A DNA stretch of 64,000 nt from Candidatus Omnitrophota bacterium (GTDB lineage: Bacteria; Omnitrophota; Gorgyraeia; B26-G9): NCBI GenBank assembly GCA_018817165.1, contig JAHITY010000114.1, positions 81,721-145,720 on the forward strand, written 5' to 3'. The translations under genes were made by a program, and so were the position numbers. The notes under the pieces are model-generated. The model did not search any database. It was not told the DNA's origin and saw only the letters and a list, made by a program, of their open reading frames with translations. Positions within the stretch are counted from its first letter, which is position 1. Each line of letters starts with the position of its first letter. Positions 1-9,728 of this stretch are shown here, in pieces.

Positions 1-2
1 AT

Positions 3-581
3 AAGGCGATTGCTTGTAAGAGTTTAGGTTTTGAAAAAAATATATTTACCCTTTTAGTTTTTGGCGGTAGTCAAGGGTCTAGATTTCTGAATACATGTTT
101 TACTCAAGCAATTGAAAAACTGGAATATAATTTAAAGGATTGTTTACAGATTATCCACATTTCAGGTACAATGGACGTATCAGCATTGGTTGATTTTTAT
201 CAGAACCAAAATATTAAAGCAAAAGTATTCTCATATTGTAGCAAAATGTCTATTGCATACAGTGCGGCAGATATTGTGATTGGCCGTGCCGGAGCTGGAA
301 CGATTAATGAGCTTTGTTTTTTTGCTAAGCCGGCGATTTTTATTCCTTATCCGCATGCTAGCGGACATCAAAAAGTAAATGCTGAATTTATGCAAAAGCA
401 TGGCGCGGCATGTTTATTGTTAGAAAATAATTTAACCGCGGATAATCTTCAAAAAGAGATCAGGCATTTGATTGAAAAAAAAGATGTTTTATCTCGTATG
501 AGCCAAAAAAGCGGCGAACTCTTTGTTCCAGGAGCAGAATCTAAATTAGCACAATTAGTTTTGGCTATGGCTAAAAAATAA
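3..581 (+). CDS. murG: MurG N-acetylglucosaminyl transferase, 5'-truncated by the window edge
   Basis: Frame open from base 3 and reads ...LVFGGSQG...; also GRAGAGT, PYPHA, HQKVNA motifs; precedes murC. Confidence 0.95.
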   Translation, partial: KAIACKSLGFEKNIFTLLVFGGSQGSRFLNTCFTQAIEKLEYNLKDCLQIIHISGTMDVSALVDFYQNQNIKAKVFSYCSKMSIAYSAADIVIGRAGAGTINELCFFAKPAIFIPYPHASGHQKVNAEFMQKHGAACLLLENNLTADNLQKEIRHLIEKKDVLSRMSQKSGELFVPGAESKLAQLVLAMAKK

Positions 582-633
582 ATTAAAGATACATTTTATT
601 TATCGACTTTTAAATTTAAGCTAAAAGGAGAAT

Positions 634-2031
634 ATGCAAAAAATAACAGAACTTATTCCGAATAAAAAAGTTCATTTTGTGGGTATCGGAGGCGTCGGGA
701 TGAGCGGCTTAGCCCAATTGCTTCTGGAGCAAGGATATTATGTTATTGGATCGGATCTTAAGAAAACTCGAAATACTGACCGCCTGGAGGCTTTAGGCGC
801 GACAATTTTTTTTAGTCACCGGGCCGAGAATTTAAAAGACGTGGATATTGTAGTTTATTCTTCGTGCATTAGAGAAGATAATCCGGAGCTTGAGGCGGCG
901 AAAAAGAAAAATATAAAAATAATTAAACGTGGTTTATTACTGGCTTTTTTGATGCAGGGTAAAACGGGTATTGTGATTGCCGGAGCGCATGGTAAGACAA
1001 CGACTACTTCATTAATATCTTTACTTCTAAATACAGCGGGAATGAATCCCAGCTTTGCGATTGGTGCTGACCTTGATGCTTTAGGCGGTAATGCTAGTCA
1101 TGGGCTGGGTGAATATTTTGTCGCTGAAGCCGATGAAAGCGATGGTTCTTTTTTATGTTTGCATCCGGATTATGCGGTTATCACGAATATTGATAAAGAA
1201 CATTTAGATTATTATCAGGATATGGCGCATATCGTTCGGACATACGCGGAATTTATTGCTAATTTAAATCCTCAGGGTATTTTGTTTTGCTATGGAGAAG
1301 ACGCGCATATTAAGCAGGCTTTAAAGTCATATAAAGGCCAGTTGGTAACTTATGGGTTTTCTGAGCATTGTGATGCCCGGGCAATAAATATGAGTTTTTC
1401 GGATATGCAGTCTGAATTTGAATGTATTTATCGCAATGAAATCAGTATTAAATTTAAATTATCTGTCCCAGGACAACATAATATACTCAATGCTTTGGCT
1501 TGTATTGCCGTAGGAATTAAGCTGGGAATTGATTTGGATATTATTCAAAAAGCCTTGGAAGCATTTAAAGGGGCAAAACGCAGATTCGAAGTCAGAAGTA
1601 AAAATGATAGGGTGATTATTGTTGATGATTACGCGCATCATCCCACAGAAATAAACGCGACTTTGCAGGCTGCTAAATCCTGGAAAAACAGACGGCTTGT
1701 GGGCGTATTTCAGCCGCATCGTTATAGCCGGACGAAATTTCTTCAAGAAGAATTTGCCCACTGTTTTGATTGTGCTGATCAGATTATTATAACCGATATC
1801 TATGCGGCCAGTGAACAGCCGATTAAGGGAATAGCCGCGCGGACGATTTATGATCAGGTTAAGAAAAGCGGACATAAAAATGTGTTTTTTTCTCCGAGGA
1901 GTGAATTAAAACAGCACTTATTGGACAATGTTCAAGCAGGAGATATATTGATGCTCTTGGGTGCTGGGGATATTAATGACTTGTCTGAAGAATTATCAGA
2001 AAATTTTTCTAAACAAATTGAAGTTAATTAA
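634..2031 (+). CDS. murC: UDP-N-acetylmuramate--L-alanine ligase
   Basis: GIGGVGMSGLA, GAHGKTTT, EADESDGSF, DDYAHHPTE, FQPHRYSR. Confidence 0.97.
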   Translation: MQKITELIPNKKVHFVGIGGVGMSGLAQLLLEQGYYVIGSDLKKTRNTDRLEALGATIFFSHRAENLKDVDIVVYSSCIREDNPELEAAKKKNIKIIKRGLLLAFLMQGKTGIVIAGAHGKTTTTSLISLLLNTAGMNPSFAIGADLDALGGNASHGLGEYFVAEADESDGSFLCLHPDYAVITNIDKEHLDYYQDMAHIVRTYAEFIANLNPQGILFCYGEDAHIKQALKSYKGQLVTYGFSEHCDARAINMSFSDMQSEFECIYRNEISIKFKLSVPGQHNILNALACIAVGIKLGIDLDIIQKALEAFKGAKRRFEVRSKNDRVIIVDDYAHHPTEINATLQAAKSWKNRRLVGVFQPHRYSRTKFLQEEFAHCFDCADQIIITDIYAASEQPIKGIAARTIYDQVKKSGHKNVFFSPRSELKQHLLDNVQAGDILMLLGAGDINDLSEELSENFSKQIEVN

Positions 2032-2047
2032 ATTTTATTAAGGGTAA

Positions 2048-3007
2048 ATGAAAACAATAAGTAATCTTAAAATTCAGGAAAATTTGGCGCGGGTGTTTAA
2101 AGGCCGGATAAGGCAAAATGAAGCCTTATCCCAGCATACCTATATGAAAATCGGCGGACCAGTTGATTTATTTTTAAATCCTGAAGATATCGCGGATTTG
2201 AAAGCCGCGGTTGAATTTTTAAATCAAGCGGCTATCCCTTGGGTAATTATTGGTAAGGGCAGTAATCTTTTAGTCAGTGATCAACATCTGCCGATAGCGG
2301 CAATTGAGTTAAGTAGTGCTTTTTTTCAAGAATTAAGCAGACAGAACAATGTTGTATACGCTGCTGCTGGTGTGAGTTTGGCAAGTTTTATTAATTTCAA
2401 TAAAAGCCAGGGTTTAGCGGGTAGCGAGTTTTTAGCGGGTATTCCCGGGAGTATTGGCGGCGCTGTATTCATGAATGCTGGCGCGCGAAATCTTAATTCG
2501 GCAGGTTTGGAAAAACTATGTTCAGTTTTCGATATTGTTTCTCAAGTCCAAGTAATGGATAAAGCAGGGGAATTAAGTATAATAAGTAAAAAGGATATTG
2601 AATTTTCTTATCGGAGTTGCGGCTTGGATGATCAGATAGTTATTGCCGCTTGGTTTGAGCTTGAACCCGGAGCTGAGGTAAAAATCGATTTGGATATTCA
2701 AGCTTTTCTCGATAACAAAATAAAGACGCAAGAGCTTGGTTTGCCAAATGCTGGATGTATATTTAAAAATCCGTCGATTATTAAGATCAGTGCGGGAGCT
2801 TTGATTGAGCAAGCTAATTTGAAAGGTTTGGCAATTGGCGATGCGGCAGTATCTTTGATTCACGCGAACTTTATTGTGAATAAAGGCAAGGCTAGCTTTG
2901 CTCAAGTTAAATCACTGATTTCTCAGATCCAAGTGATAGTGGAAAATAAATTTTCTGTTTATTTAGAGCCAGAAGTAAAGATTTGGGATAGGGAAGGATT
3001 CAAGTAG
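2048..3007 (+). CDS. murB: UDP-N-acetylenolpyruvoylglucosamine reductase
   Basis: GKGSNLL, GIPGSIGGAVFMNAGA, AGCIFKNP, HANFIVN, LEPEV. Confidence 0.96.
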   Translation: MKTISNLKIQENLARVFKGRIRQNEALSQHTYMKIGGPVDLFLNPEDIADLKAAVEFLNQAAIPWVIIGKGSNLLVSDQHLPIAAIELSSAFFQELSRQNNVVYAAAGVSLASFINFNKSQGLAGSEFLAGIPGSIGGAVFMNAGARNLNSAGLEKLCSVFDIVSQVQVMDKAGELSIISKKDIEFSYRSCGLDDQIVIAAWFELEPGAEVKIDLDIQAFLDNKIKTQELGLPNAGCIFKNPSIIKISAGALIEQANLKGLAIGDAAVSLIHANFIVNKGKASFAQVKSLISQIQVIVENKFSVYLEPEVKIWDREGFK

Positions 3008-3960
3008 TGGCAAAAGAAAACAAGACAATTGGAATTTTAATGGGCGGATTTTCCAGTGAACGGGAGATTTCCCTTAAATCAGGCACTGCTGTTTGCCAAG
3101 CTTTAAGAAATCTGTATGATAAAATTATAGTATTTGATTTTAAAACAGAGCAGGAGCTTATAGAGAAATTAAAAAAAATAAAAGTTGATTGTATGTTTAA
3201 CGCGCTACATGGACGCTTTGGCGAAGATGGCCAGGTGCAGAAGATTCTTGATGATTTAAATATTCTTTATACTGGTTCTGGGGCTGCTGCCTGCGCTTTG
3301 GCAATGAATAAAGTGGCCGCGCATCAGGTGTTTAAACAGCATGGGCTGACGGTGCCGGAATATCAGGTTTTTAATAAAAATTCTGAGCAGTCGCAAGGAT
3401 TTTACGCTGATTTTCCTTTGGTGGTTAAACCCGCAATGGAAGGCTCAAGCATTGGGCTTTCGATCGTCGATGATCCCCAGGCGCTTTTTTTAGCCTTAAA
3501 ACAAGCTTTATTGCTTGATCAGGATATTATAATTGAAAAATATATTTCCGGCCGAGAAATAACGATTGGAATTCTTGAAGATAGGCCTTTACCGGTTATT
3601 GAAGTAAAGCCAAAGAATAAATTCTATGATTTTCAGTCAAAGTATACAGTGGGGATGACTGAATATATAATTCCCGCTCAATTACCGGAAAAGATTATTG
3701 AACAAGTACAGGATTTAGCGATAAAAGCCCATAAAGCGCTGGGATGCGATTGTTTTTCCCGGGTGGATATGATTATTGATCATCAGAATAATCCGTTTAT
3801 CCTTGAGGTAAACGCGATTCCTGGCTTAACTGAGACAAGTTTATTGCCTAAAGCAGCCAGAGCGTTGGGTATAGAGTTTCCTGAGCTTTGTCAGAAAATG
3901 ATCCGGGCCGCGGATAAAATAGAGATGCTTGATCAGGATATGTTTTTAGTAAATGAATAA
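3007..3960 (+). CDS. ddl: D-alanine--D-alanine ligase (GTG start)
   Basis: GGFSSEREISLKSG, LHGRFGEDG, GSSIG, LEVNAIPGLT. Confidence 0.96.
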   Translation: MAKENKTIGILMGGFSSEREISLKSGTAVCQALRNLYDKIIVFDFKTEQELIEKLKKIKVDCMFNALHGRFGEDGQVQKILDDLNILYTGSGAAACALAMNKVAAHQVFKQHGLTVPEYQVFNKNSEQSQGFYADFPLVVKPAMEGSSIGLSIVDDPQALFLALKQALLLDQDIIIEKYISGREITIGILEDRPLPVIEVKPKNKFYDFQSKYTVGMTEYIIPAQLPEKIIEQVQDLAIKAHKALGCDCFSRVDMIIDHQNNPFILEVNAIPGLTETSLLPKAARALGIEFPELCQKMIRAADKIEMLDQDMFLVNE

Positions 3961-3974
3961 TCGGGGAGGAATTA

Positions 3975-4808
3975 ATGTCCAGAAAAAGAAAAGCAAAAAG
4001 AAGAAAACAAAATATTCATTGGCTGAGTGCTAAACAAGTCCAAGAAACTGTTCAGAAAAACTGGGGGAAAATATTTTGCACACTTGCGGTTATTGGAATT
4101 ATTGTTTTTATGGGTATAAGTTTAAATACATTTCTCTTTGCTTCAGATTTTTTTAATCTTAGTGAGATTGAAGTAGTTGATAAGAATTCGGAAAAAATTG
4201 ATTATCCTTTGGCGAGAATTGATGATCAGGCTAATATTTTTCGCATTGACTTAGAACAAATTGCTTCTAATGTCGAACGAGAACATTATGATATTCAGAA
4301 AGCGATTGTAAAAAGAGTATTACCGAATAAACTGATTATTGAGGTTTTGCGCAGACGTCCGATAGCTCAAATCCAAATCAATGAAAATCCGCAAACTGAA
4401 GAACTGAAACATTTTTTTTCAGTAAATAAAGAAGGCTATATATTAGCTGATATCGGCAAAGACAAACGTAAATCATTGCCAGTGATTGTCGGGACTGAAC
4501 TTTTTGCTAATGAAATTGAAGTTGGACGCGCTTATCCCAAAACTAACCTCTTATGCGCATTGGACTTTCTCGAAGAATTAAACAATAGCGGATTTCTCGA
4601 TAAATATAATGTAACTATCCTGGATGTCAGCCAACCGCGGATAATGTCTTTTTTTATTGATAATTTAGAAGTAAAAATTGGCAATCGTAATTTAAAACAA
4701 AAAATTGAAAATCTTAGTGGAATATTAGCAAGTAAAGATATTAACTATTCAGAAGGTTACTATATTGACCTTAGGTTTAAAGATATTGTTTTTGGAAGGA
4801 ATGAATGA
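3975..4808 (+). CDS. ftsQ: Cell division protein FtsQ/DivIB
   Basis: Basic N-tail, single TM, POTRA-like VKRVLPNKLIIEV, C-terminal YIDLRF; lies between ddl and ftsA. Confidence 0.88.
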   Translation: MSRKRKAKRRKQNIHWLSAKQVQETVQKNWGKIFCTLAVIGIIVFMGISLNTFLFASDFFNLSEIEVVDKNSEKIDYPLARIDDQANIFRIDLEQIASNVEREHYDIQKAIVKRVLPNKLIIEVLRRRPIAQIQINENPQTEELKHFFSVNKEGYILADIGKDKRKSLPVIVGTELFANEIEVGRAYPKTNLLCALDFLEELNNSGFLDKYNVTILDVSQPRIMSFFIDNLEVKIGNRNLKQKIENLSGILASKDINYSEGYYIDLRFKDIVFGRNE

Positions 4809-6088
4809 TAAATAGTGATTTGCTAATAGCTGGTCTTGATATCGGCAGCGCTAAAACCACCGTTTGTCTGGGGAGTTTTGATCCTCAGGGGCGGATAGAA
4901 ATTCATAATGCTTCGATGGTAAAGACGCGGGGCATGGAGCGGGGAGTAATAACTGATCTGGGTGAGGTTGCTGCTTGCATTGAAGAAGTGATCAAAAAAG
5001 TAGAAACCAAAATGCAGCGTTCTGAGCAGTCAAACACGCTTTGGCCGAAAAAAAATTTTAAAATTAATTCAGTTTACGCGACAATTAGCGGGGAGCATGT
5101 ATTAGGCAATAATACCAAAGGTATGCTTAATTTGTCCAACCATCCGATTGAGATCAGCCATAAGGATATGTTCAAAGCTATTGAATCAGCCAAGTATTTG
5201 TCTAGTTCAATTGACCGGGAAATTCTTCATGCTTTAGCTCAGGAATATGTGATCGACGGATACAAAAGGATCAAAGATCCTTTAGGAATTTACGCCACGC
5301 GTTTGGGAGTTAATCTCCACATCTTGACCGCGGAATTATCGTTTATCACTAATGTGGTTAAAACGATAAACCGCGCTGGCATTGATGTCGAGCAGATCGC
5401 TTATTCCGGTTTAGCAACCAGCTTGGCGACTATTACTGAGCAGGAAAAACAAGCGGGGGTGATTTTACTAGAGCTTGGTGCCGGCACTGTAAATATTTTG
5501 TTTTTCAGTGAAGGCAGTTTGCAGTATACAAGTGTTATTCCGATCGGCGGACAGGATATTACTCAGCAGATCAGCAGTTTGCTGAATATTGATTTTGCTC
5601 AGGCTGAAGAGTTGAAAATGCAGTATCGAAGCCGCTACGGCAATGATTTTGACCAAGGTAAGTGTGAAGGTAAGATAATAATAAAAAAGGACGCTGCTAA
5701 TTATGAAAGCATTACCCGGAAAGAATTGACAGATATTATTGATAAAAAGCTGGAAGTGATTTTGGGAATGATAAAAAAAGATATTGAAATGGCCGGGATT
5801 TTATCGCGGGTTAATTGCGGAGTGGTTGTTTGCGGCGGGATGTCGTTTATGGATGGGATTATTGAGCGCTTGGAAAAAATAACTAAACTTCCGGTAAATA
5901 TGGGGATAATGCGGGGATTTGTCAGCAGTTCTTCGGGAATGAGCAATATCTTTTACGCGACTGGTATTGGCTTAGTCATGCACGCGCTTAATGAGCGCAG
6001 GAATTTTAATCAGGGTGCTTTTTTAACTCATAGTGCTTTGGGCAAGGTATTTGCGAAAATCAAAAACATTTATGAGGAGTATTTTTAA
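4805..6088 (+). CDS. ftsA: Cell division protein FtsA
   Basis: GLDIGSAK, ELGAGT, GGQDIT, AEELK, C-terminal amphipathic helix ending YEEYF. Confidence 0.95.
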   Translation: MINSDLLIAGLDIGSAKTTVCLGSFDPQGRIEIHNASMVKTRGMERGVITDLGEVAACIEEVIKKVETKMQRSEQSNTLWPKKNFKINSVYATISGEHVLGNNTKGMLNLSNHPIEISHKDMFKAIESAKYLSSSIDREILHALAQEYVIDGYKRIKDPLGIYATRLGVNLHILTAELSFITNVVKTINRAGIDVEQIAYSGLATSLATITEQEKQAGVILLELGAGTVNILFFSEGSLQYTSVIPIGGQDITQQISSLLNIDFAQAEELKMQYRSRYGNDFDQGKCEGKIIIKKDAANYESITRKELTDIIDKKLEVILGMIKKDIEMAGILSRVNCGVVVCGGMSFMDGIIERLEKITKLPVNMGIMRGFVSSSSGMSNIFYATGIGLVMHALNERRNFNQGAFLTHSALGKVFAKIKNIYEEYF

Positions 6089-6089
6089 A

Positions 6090-7058
6090 ATGAAAGATAA
6101 TGTATCGATAATGCTTATTGATCGAGATAGCGCGGTATTGGATTCCTTTGCCAGCTTGTTTATTGAAGAAGGATATCAAGTGAATAAAGCAATGAGCTGG
6201 TTTGAAGCAAAATCAATTATTAAAATGAAGCCGGTTAATATTATTATCGCGGATGTTAAGCTCAGCGATATAAGCTATCAGGAAATGATTGAAAAAATTA
6301 GAGAAGATAATAAATACGCTTTTATTATTACCACTGCAGGATTCTCTGATATTGAAATGGCGATAGAATCAATTCAATTAGGGGCGCATGATTATCTGAG
6401 TAAGCCTTTTGACCCGTCGGACACAATTGTTTTGGTTCGTAAATTAGTCGAAAAGCAGCGTTTGCAGTCTGATAATATTCAGTTGTTTGATACCATTAAA
6501 GTTTTGGCGATGGCTTTAGATGCCCGCGATAATTATACGCATAATCATTCCCAGGAAGTTATGGAATATTCCGTAGCAATTGCCCGGGAGATGGGCTTAA
6601 GTGTCCGGGAAATAGAGATCATTCGTGATGCCGGAGCATTGCATGATATTGGAAAAATTGGTATCCCGGATGCCGTATTATTAAAGCCTGGAAGATTAAC
6701 TGATGAAGAATATGAGCAGATTAAAAAACATCCGGAAATCGGTAAAAGCATTCTTGAGCCGGTTAAATGTTTAGCCGACAACATTCCCTTGATTTATCAT
6801 CATCATGAGCGGATTGACGGGACTGGATATCCCGCTGGTTTGGCGGGTGAGGCGATTCCTTTGGGCGCGAGAATTCTTGCGGTGGCTGATTCTTATCAGG
6901 CGATGACTTCGGACCGTCCGTATCGTAAGGCTTTGTCCATGCAGATTGCGATAGGTGAATTGGAAAAATTTAAAGATAGGCAATTTGATTCTAAAGTAGT
7001 TGATGTTTTTCTTAGAATTTTAAAACGGATGGGTAATGGAAATACTAATAAAACATAA
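6090..7058 (+). CDS. Response regulator REC + HD-GYP cyclic-dinucleotide phosphodiesterase
   Basis: REC (IADVK..., KPF) then ARDNYTHNHS, LHDIGK, HHERIDGTGYP, DRPYRKA; ATG at 6090, just after the ftsA stop, preferred to the ORF-track start 6033. Confidence 0.92.
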   Translation: MKDNVSIMLIDRDSAVLDSFASLFIEEGYQVNKAMSWFEAKSIIKMKPVNIIIADVKLSDISYQEMIEKIREDNKYAFIITTAGFSDIEMAIESIQLGAHDYLSKPFDPSDTIVLVRKLVEKQRLQSDNIQLFDTIKVLAMALDARDNYTHNHSQEVMEYSVAIAREMGLSVREIEIIRDAGALHDIGKIGIPDAVLLKPGRLTDEEYEQIKKHPEIGKSILEPVKCLADNIPLIYHHHERIDGTGYPAGLAGEAIPLGARILAVADSYQAMTSDRPYRKALSMQIAIGELEKFKDRQFDSKVVDVFLRILKRMGNGNTNKT

Positions 7059-7076
7059 AATCCAAAAGGAGTTATT

Positions 7077-8174
7077 ATGGAAATAGATCTATTAGAAATG
7101 CTCAAAGCTATGGTAAAACAAGAGGCTTCGGACGCTCATTTTAAAGTTGGACGTTCTCCGGTATTTAGAATAAAAAAAGAATTGATCAGCTCTTCATTTC
7201 CCGTACTTTCGAATAAAGATATTGAAAAAATCGCTTATTTTATGATGCGCGAGCGCCATAGAAAAGAATTTGAAAAATCCAATGAAATTGATTTTTCGTA
7301 CCAATTACCGGAGATTGGCCGCTTTCGGGTAAACGTGTTTCGCCAAAGAGGCGATGTGGGAATTGTTATGCGGATTGTGAAAAATAAAGTTCCTTCTTTT
7401 GATGATCTGATGATTCCGGCAGTGTTTAAAAAAATCGCGATGTATGAAAGAGGAATTGTTTTGATTACCGGAGCAAGCTCACAAGGTAAGTCAACAACAC
7501 TAGCAGCAGTTATTGATTATATTAATAATAAAAAGAAATGTCATATTATAACCATTGAAGATCCGATTGAATATATTCATGAAGATAAACAGGCTTTGAT
7601 CAATCAAAGAGAAGTCGGTCTGGATACTGATTCTTTTAACTTGGCACTGCGTTATGTTATTCGTCAGGATCCGGATGTTATTCTGATTGGCGAAATGCGT
7701 GATGCTGAGACTTTTCAGACAGCTTTATCCGCTTCAGAAACCGGGCATTTGGTTTTCGCTACTTTGCATGCTTCGGATACTGCTCAGGTTGTCGACCGCA
7801 TTCTTGATTTTTTTCCGATAGCGCAGCACAATATGATCAGAATGCAATTATCGTTTAATCTCAAAGCCGTGACTTGTCAGCGTTTGATGCCGCGAGCTGA
7901 TGGAGAAGGGGTTGCTCCGGCAGTGGAAGTGATGCTGATGAATCCCACGATTGAGAAAATGCTTCGGGATAATAAGACAGACCGATTAAGCAATACCTTG
8001 CAGGCTTTCTCCAAGGAAGGAATGATTACTTTTAATCAGTCCTTGGTAAATTTAGTAAAAAGTAAAATTATTTCTCTGGAAACCGCGCTGGCTGCTTCCA
8101 GTAATCCGGAAGCTTTAAAAATGAATCTCAAGGGGATTTATTTAGATGAAGAACGTAGGATATTAGGTGAGTAG
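7077..8174 (+). CDS. PilT/PilU-family type IV pilus retraction ATPase
   Basis: GASSQGKST Walker A, TIEDPIE, RQDPDVILIGEMRD, ETGHLVFATLH; lacks the PilT AIRNLIRE motif (TIEKMLRD). Confidence 0.9.
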   Translation: MEIDLLEMLKAMVKQEASDAHFKVGRSPVFRIKKELISSSFPVLSNKDIEKIAYFMMRERHRKEFEKSNEIDFSYQLPEIGRFRVNVFRQRGDVGIVMRIVKNKVPSFDDLMIPAVFKKIAMYERGIVLITGASSQGKSTTLAAVIDYINNKKKCHIITIEDPIEYIHEDKQALINQREVGLDTDSFNLALRYVIRQDPDVILIGEMRDAETFQTALSASETGHLVFATLHASDTAQVVDRILDFFPIAQHNMIRMQLSFNLKAVTCQRLMPRADGEGVAPAVEVMLMNPTIEKMLRDNKTDRLSNTLQAFSKEGMITFNQSLVNLVKSKIISLETALAASSNPEALKMNLKGIYLDEERRILGE

Positions 8175-9570
8175 GTATCATTCTGATTACCTGGCTAATG
8201 AAATAAATACTCTTGTTTTGAAAAAAAACGCTCGCTTTAAAATTGCTTTGATATATCCGAATAGTTACGCGATTGGGATGAGTAATTTGGGAGTGCACAG
8301 TGTTTATGATCTTTTTAATCAAAGTTTGGATGTAGTTTGTGAACGGGTGTTTTTTGATCCGAAAAAAAAACAGCTATTTTCTCTGGAAACCGGACAGGCT
8401 TTAAAAGCATTTGATATTCTCGCGTTTTCAATTTCCTATGAACTGGATTATTTTAATTTTATTAAAATTCTTAAACAAATAGACCTTCTGATTGATTCCA
8501 CGCAGCGAACAGTTAGGCCCTTAATTATTAGCGGAGGGATAGTTCATTCTTTTAATCATTTGCCTTTGGCTAATTACTGCGATTTGATTTTTGTCGGAGA
8601 AGCTGAGCAGTCAATTCCTTTGTTTATTAAAACATTGGCTGAATTTCCGAATATTAACTCTTTGCGGAAAAAAAATGATTTTTTGCAGATTTTTTCCAAC
8701 CTTGACGGGTTTTTTGTCCCGGGATTTTCCGATCCCCAATCAGTAAAACCATGCTTTGTTCAGGATTTAAATAGTTTTCCAGTATCATCTAAGATAATTA
8801 CTAAAGATACGGAATTTTCCAATACATTTTTAGTTGAGATATCCCGGGGTTGTCCTTGGAACTGTAAGTTTTGTGTGACCGCTGGGATCTGCGGTGCATT
8901 TCGCCCCAGATCAATTAAGTTGCTTAAGCAACAGATTGAACAAGGCCTTAGCCTAACCAATAAAATCGGACTGGTGGGTGCCGCAGTATCGGATTATCCC
9001 CAAATCGATGAATTAGTTGCTTTTTTACGCGAAAAAGCGGCGAAAATATCAGTATCTAGCTTGAGAGTGGAAACAGTTAAGTCTATCCTCTTAAAAGCGC
9101 TTGCTGAGAGCGGGCAAAATACAATTACTTTTGCGCCGGAAGCAGGCAGTGATAGATTGCGTTATTTTCTGAATAAAAAAATAAGCAATAAACAGATAAT
9201 TCAAATAATTTCAACAGCGAATAATTTTGGAATAAGAAAAGTTAAATTGTATTTTATGATTGGGTTGCCCACGGAAGCAGAGGAAGATATTCTGGCAATT
9301 ATTCAGCTGGTTGAAGCAGTTTCCAAAATAGTATTTGTCAAAGCTTCGATCGGGATATTTGTGCCAAAACCTAAAACCCCTTTTGCGGATCAACCTATGG
9401 CAGATAAAAATATTTTGCTCAAAAAGATTAAATTTCTTAAATCAAAATTAGCTTTGCTTAAAGATGTTGATTTTAATACCGCAAATATAAAAGAAGCTAA
9501 AATCTCCCATTTGCTTTCCTTTGCCGATGAGAATTTTTTAAAGGATTATTTGACTAAAAATCAATTTTGA
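8167..9570 (+). CDS. Radical SAM protein with N-terminal B12-binding-like domain, function unknown
   Basis: YPNSYAIGMSNLG, CERVF, SRGCPWNCKFC (CxxxCxxC), APEAGSDRLR, YFMIGLP. Confidence 0.85.
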   Translation: MSRYHSDYLANEINTLVLKKNARFKIALIYPNSYAIGMSNLGVHSVYDLFNQSLDVVCERVFFDPKKKQLFSLETGQALKAFDILAFSISYELDYFNFIKILKQIDLLIDSTQRTVRPLIISGGIVHSFNHLPLANYCDLIFVGEAEQSIPLFIKTLAEFPNINSLRKKNDFLQIFSNLDGFFVPGFSDPQSVKPCFVQDLNSFPVSSKIITKDTEFSNTFLVEISRGCPWNCKFCVTAGICGAFRPRSIKLLKQQIEQGLSLTNKIGLVGAAVSDYPQIDELVAFLREKAAKISVSSLRVETVKSILLKALAESGQNTITFAPEAGSDRLRYFLNKKISNKQIIQIISTANNFGIRKVKLYFMIGLPTEAEEDILAIIQLVEAVSKIVFVKASIGIFVPKPKTPFADQPMADKNILLKKIKFLKSKLALLKDVDFNTANIKEAKISHLLSFADENFLKDYLTKNQF

Positions 9571-9652
9571 ATAGTTTTGACTGTTTAATGTCCTTAAGTA
9601 AAAGTATTTTATTCGTGATTTAAATCCTAATTTTTGTTATATTTTGGTTTGT

Positions 9653-9682
9653 TTGACAATAATGCGGATAATATGGTATGAT
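9653..9682 (+). promoter_or_regulatory. Sigma-70 promoter of the kinase/DGC operon
   Basis: TTGACA-18 nt-TATGAT with extended TGn, 47 nt upstream of ATG 9729. Confidence 0.6.
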
Positions 9683-9728
9683 TTATACCTACCTAAGATA
9701 GTATACAAAAAGATGTTAGAGGAAATAT

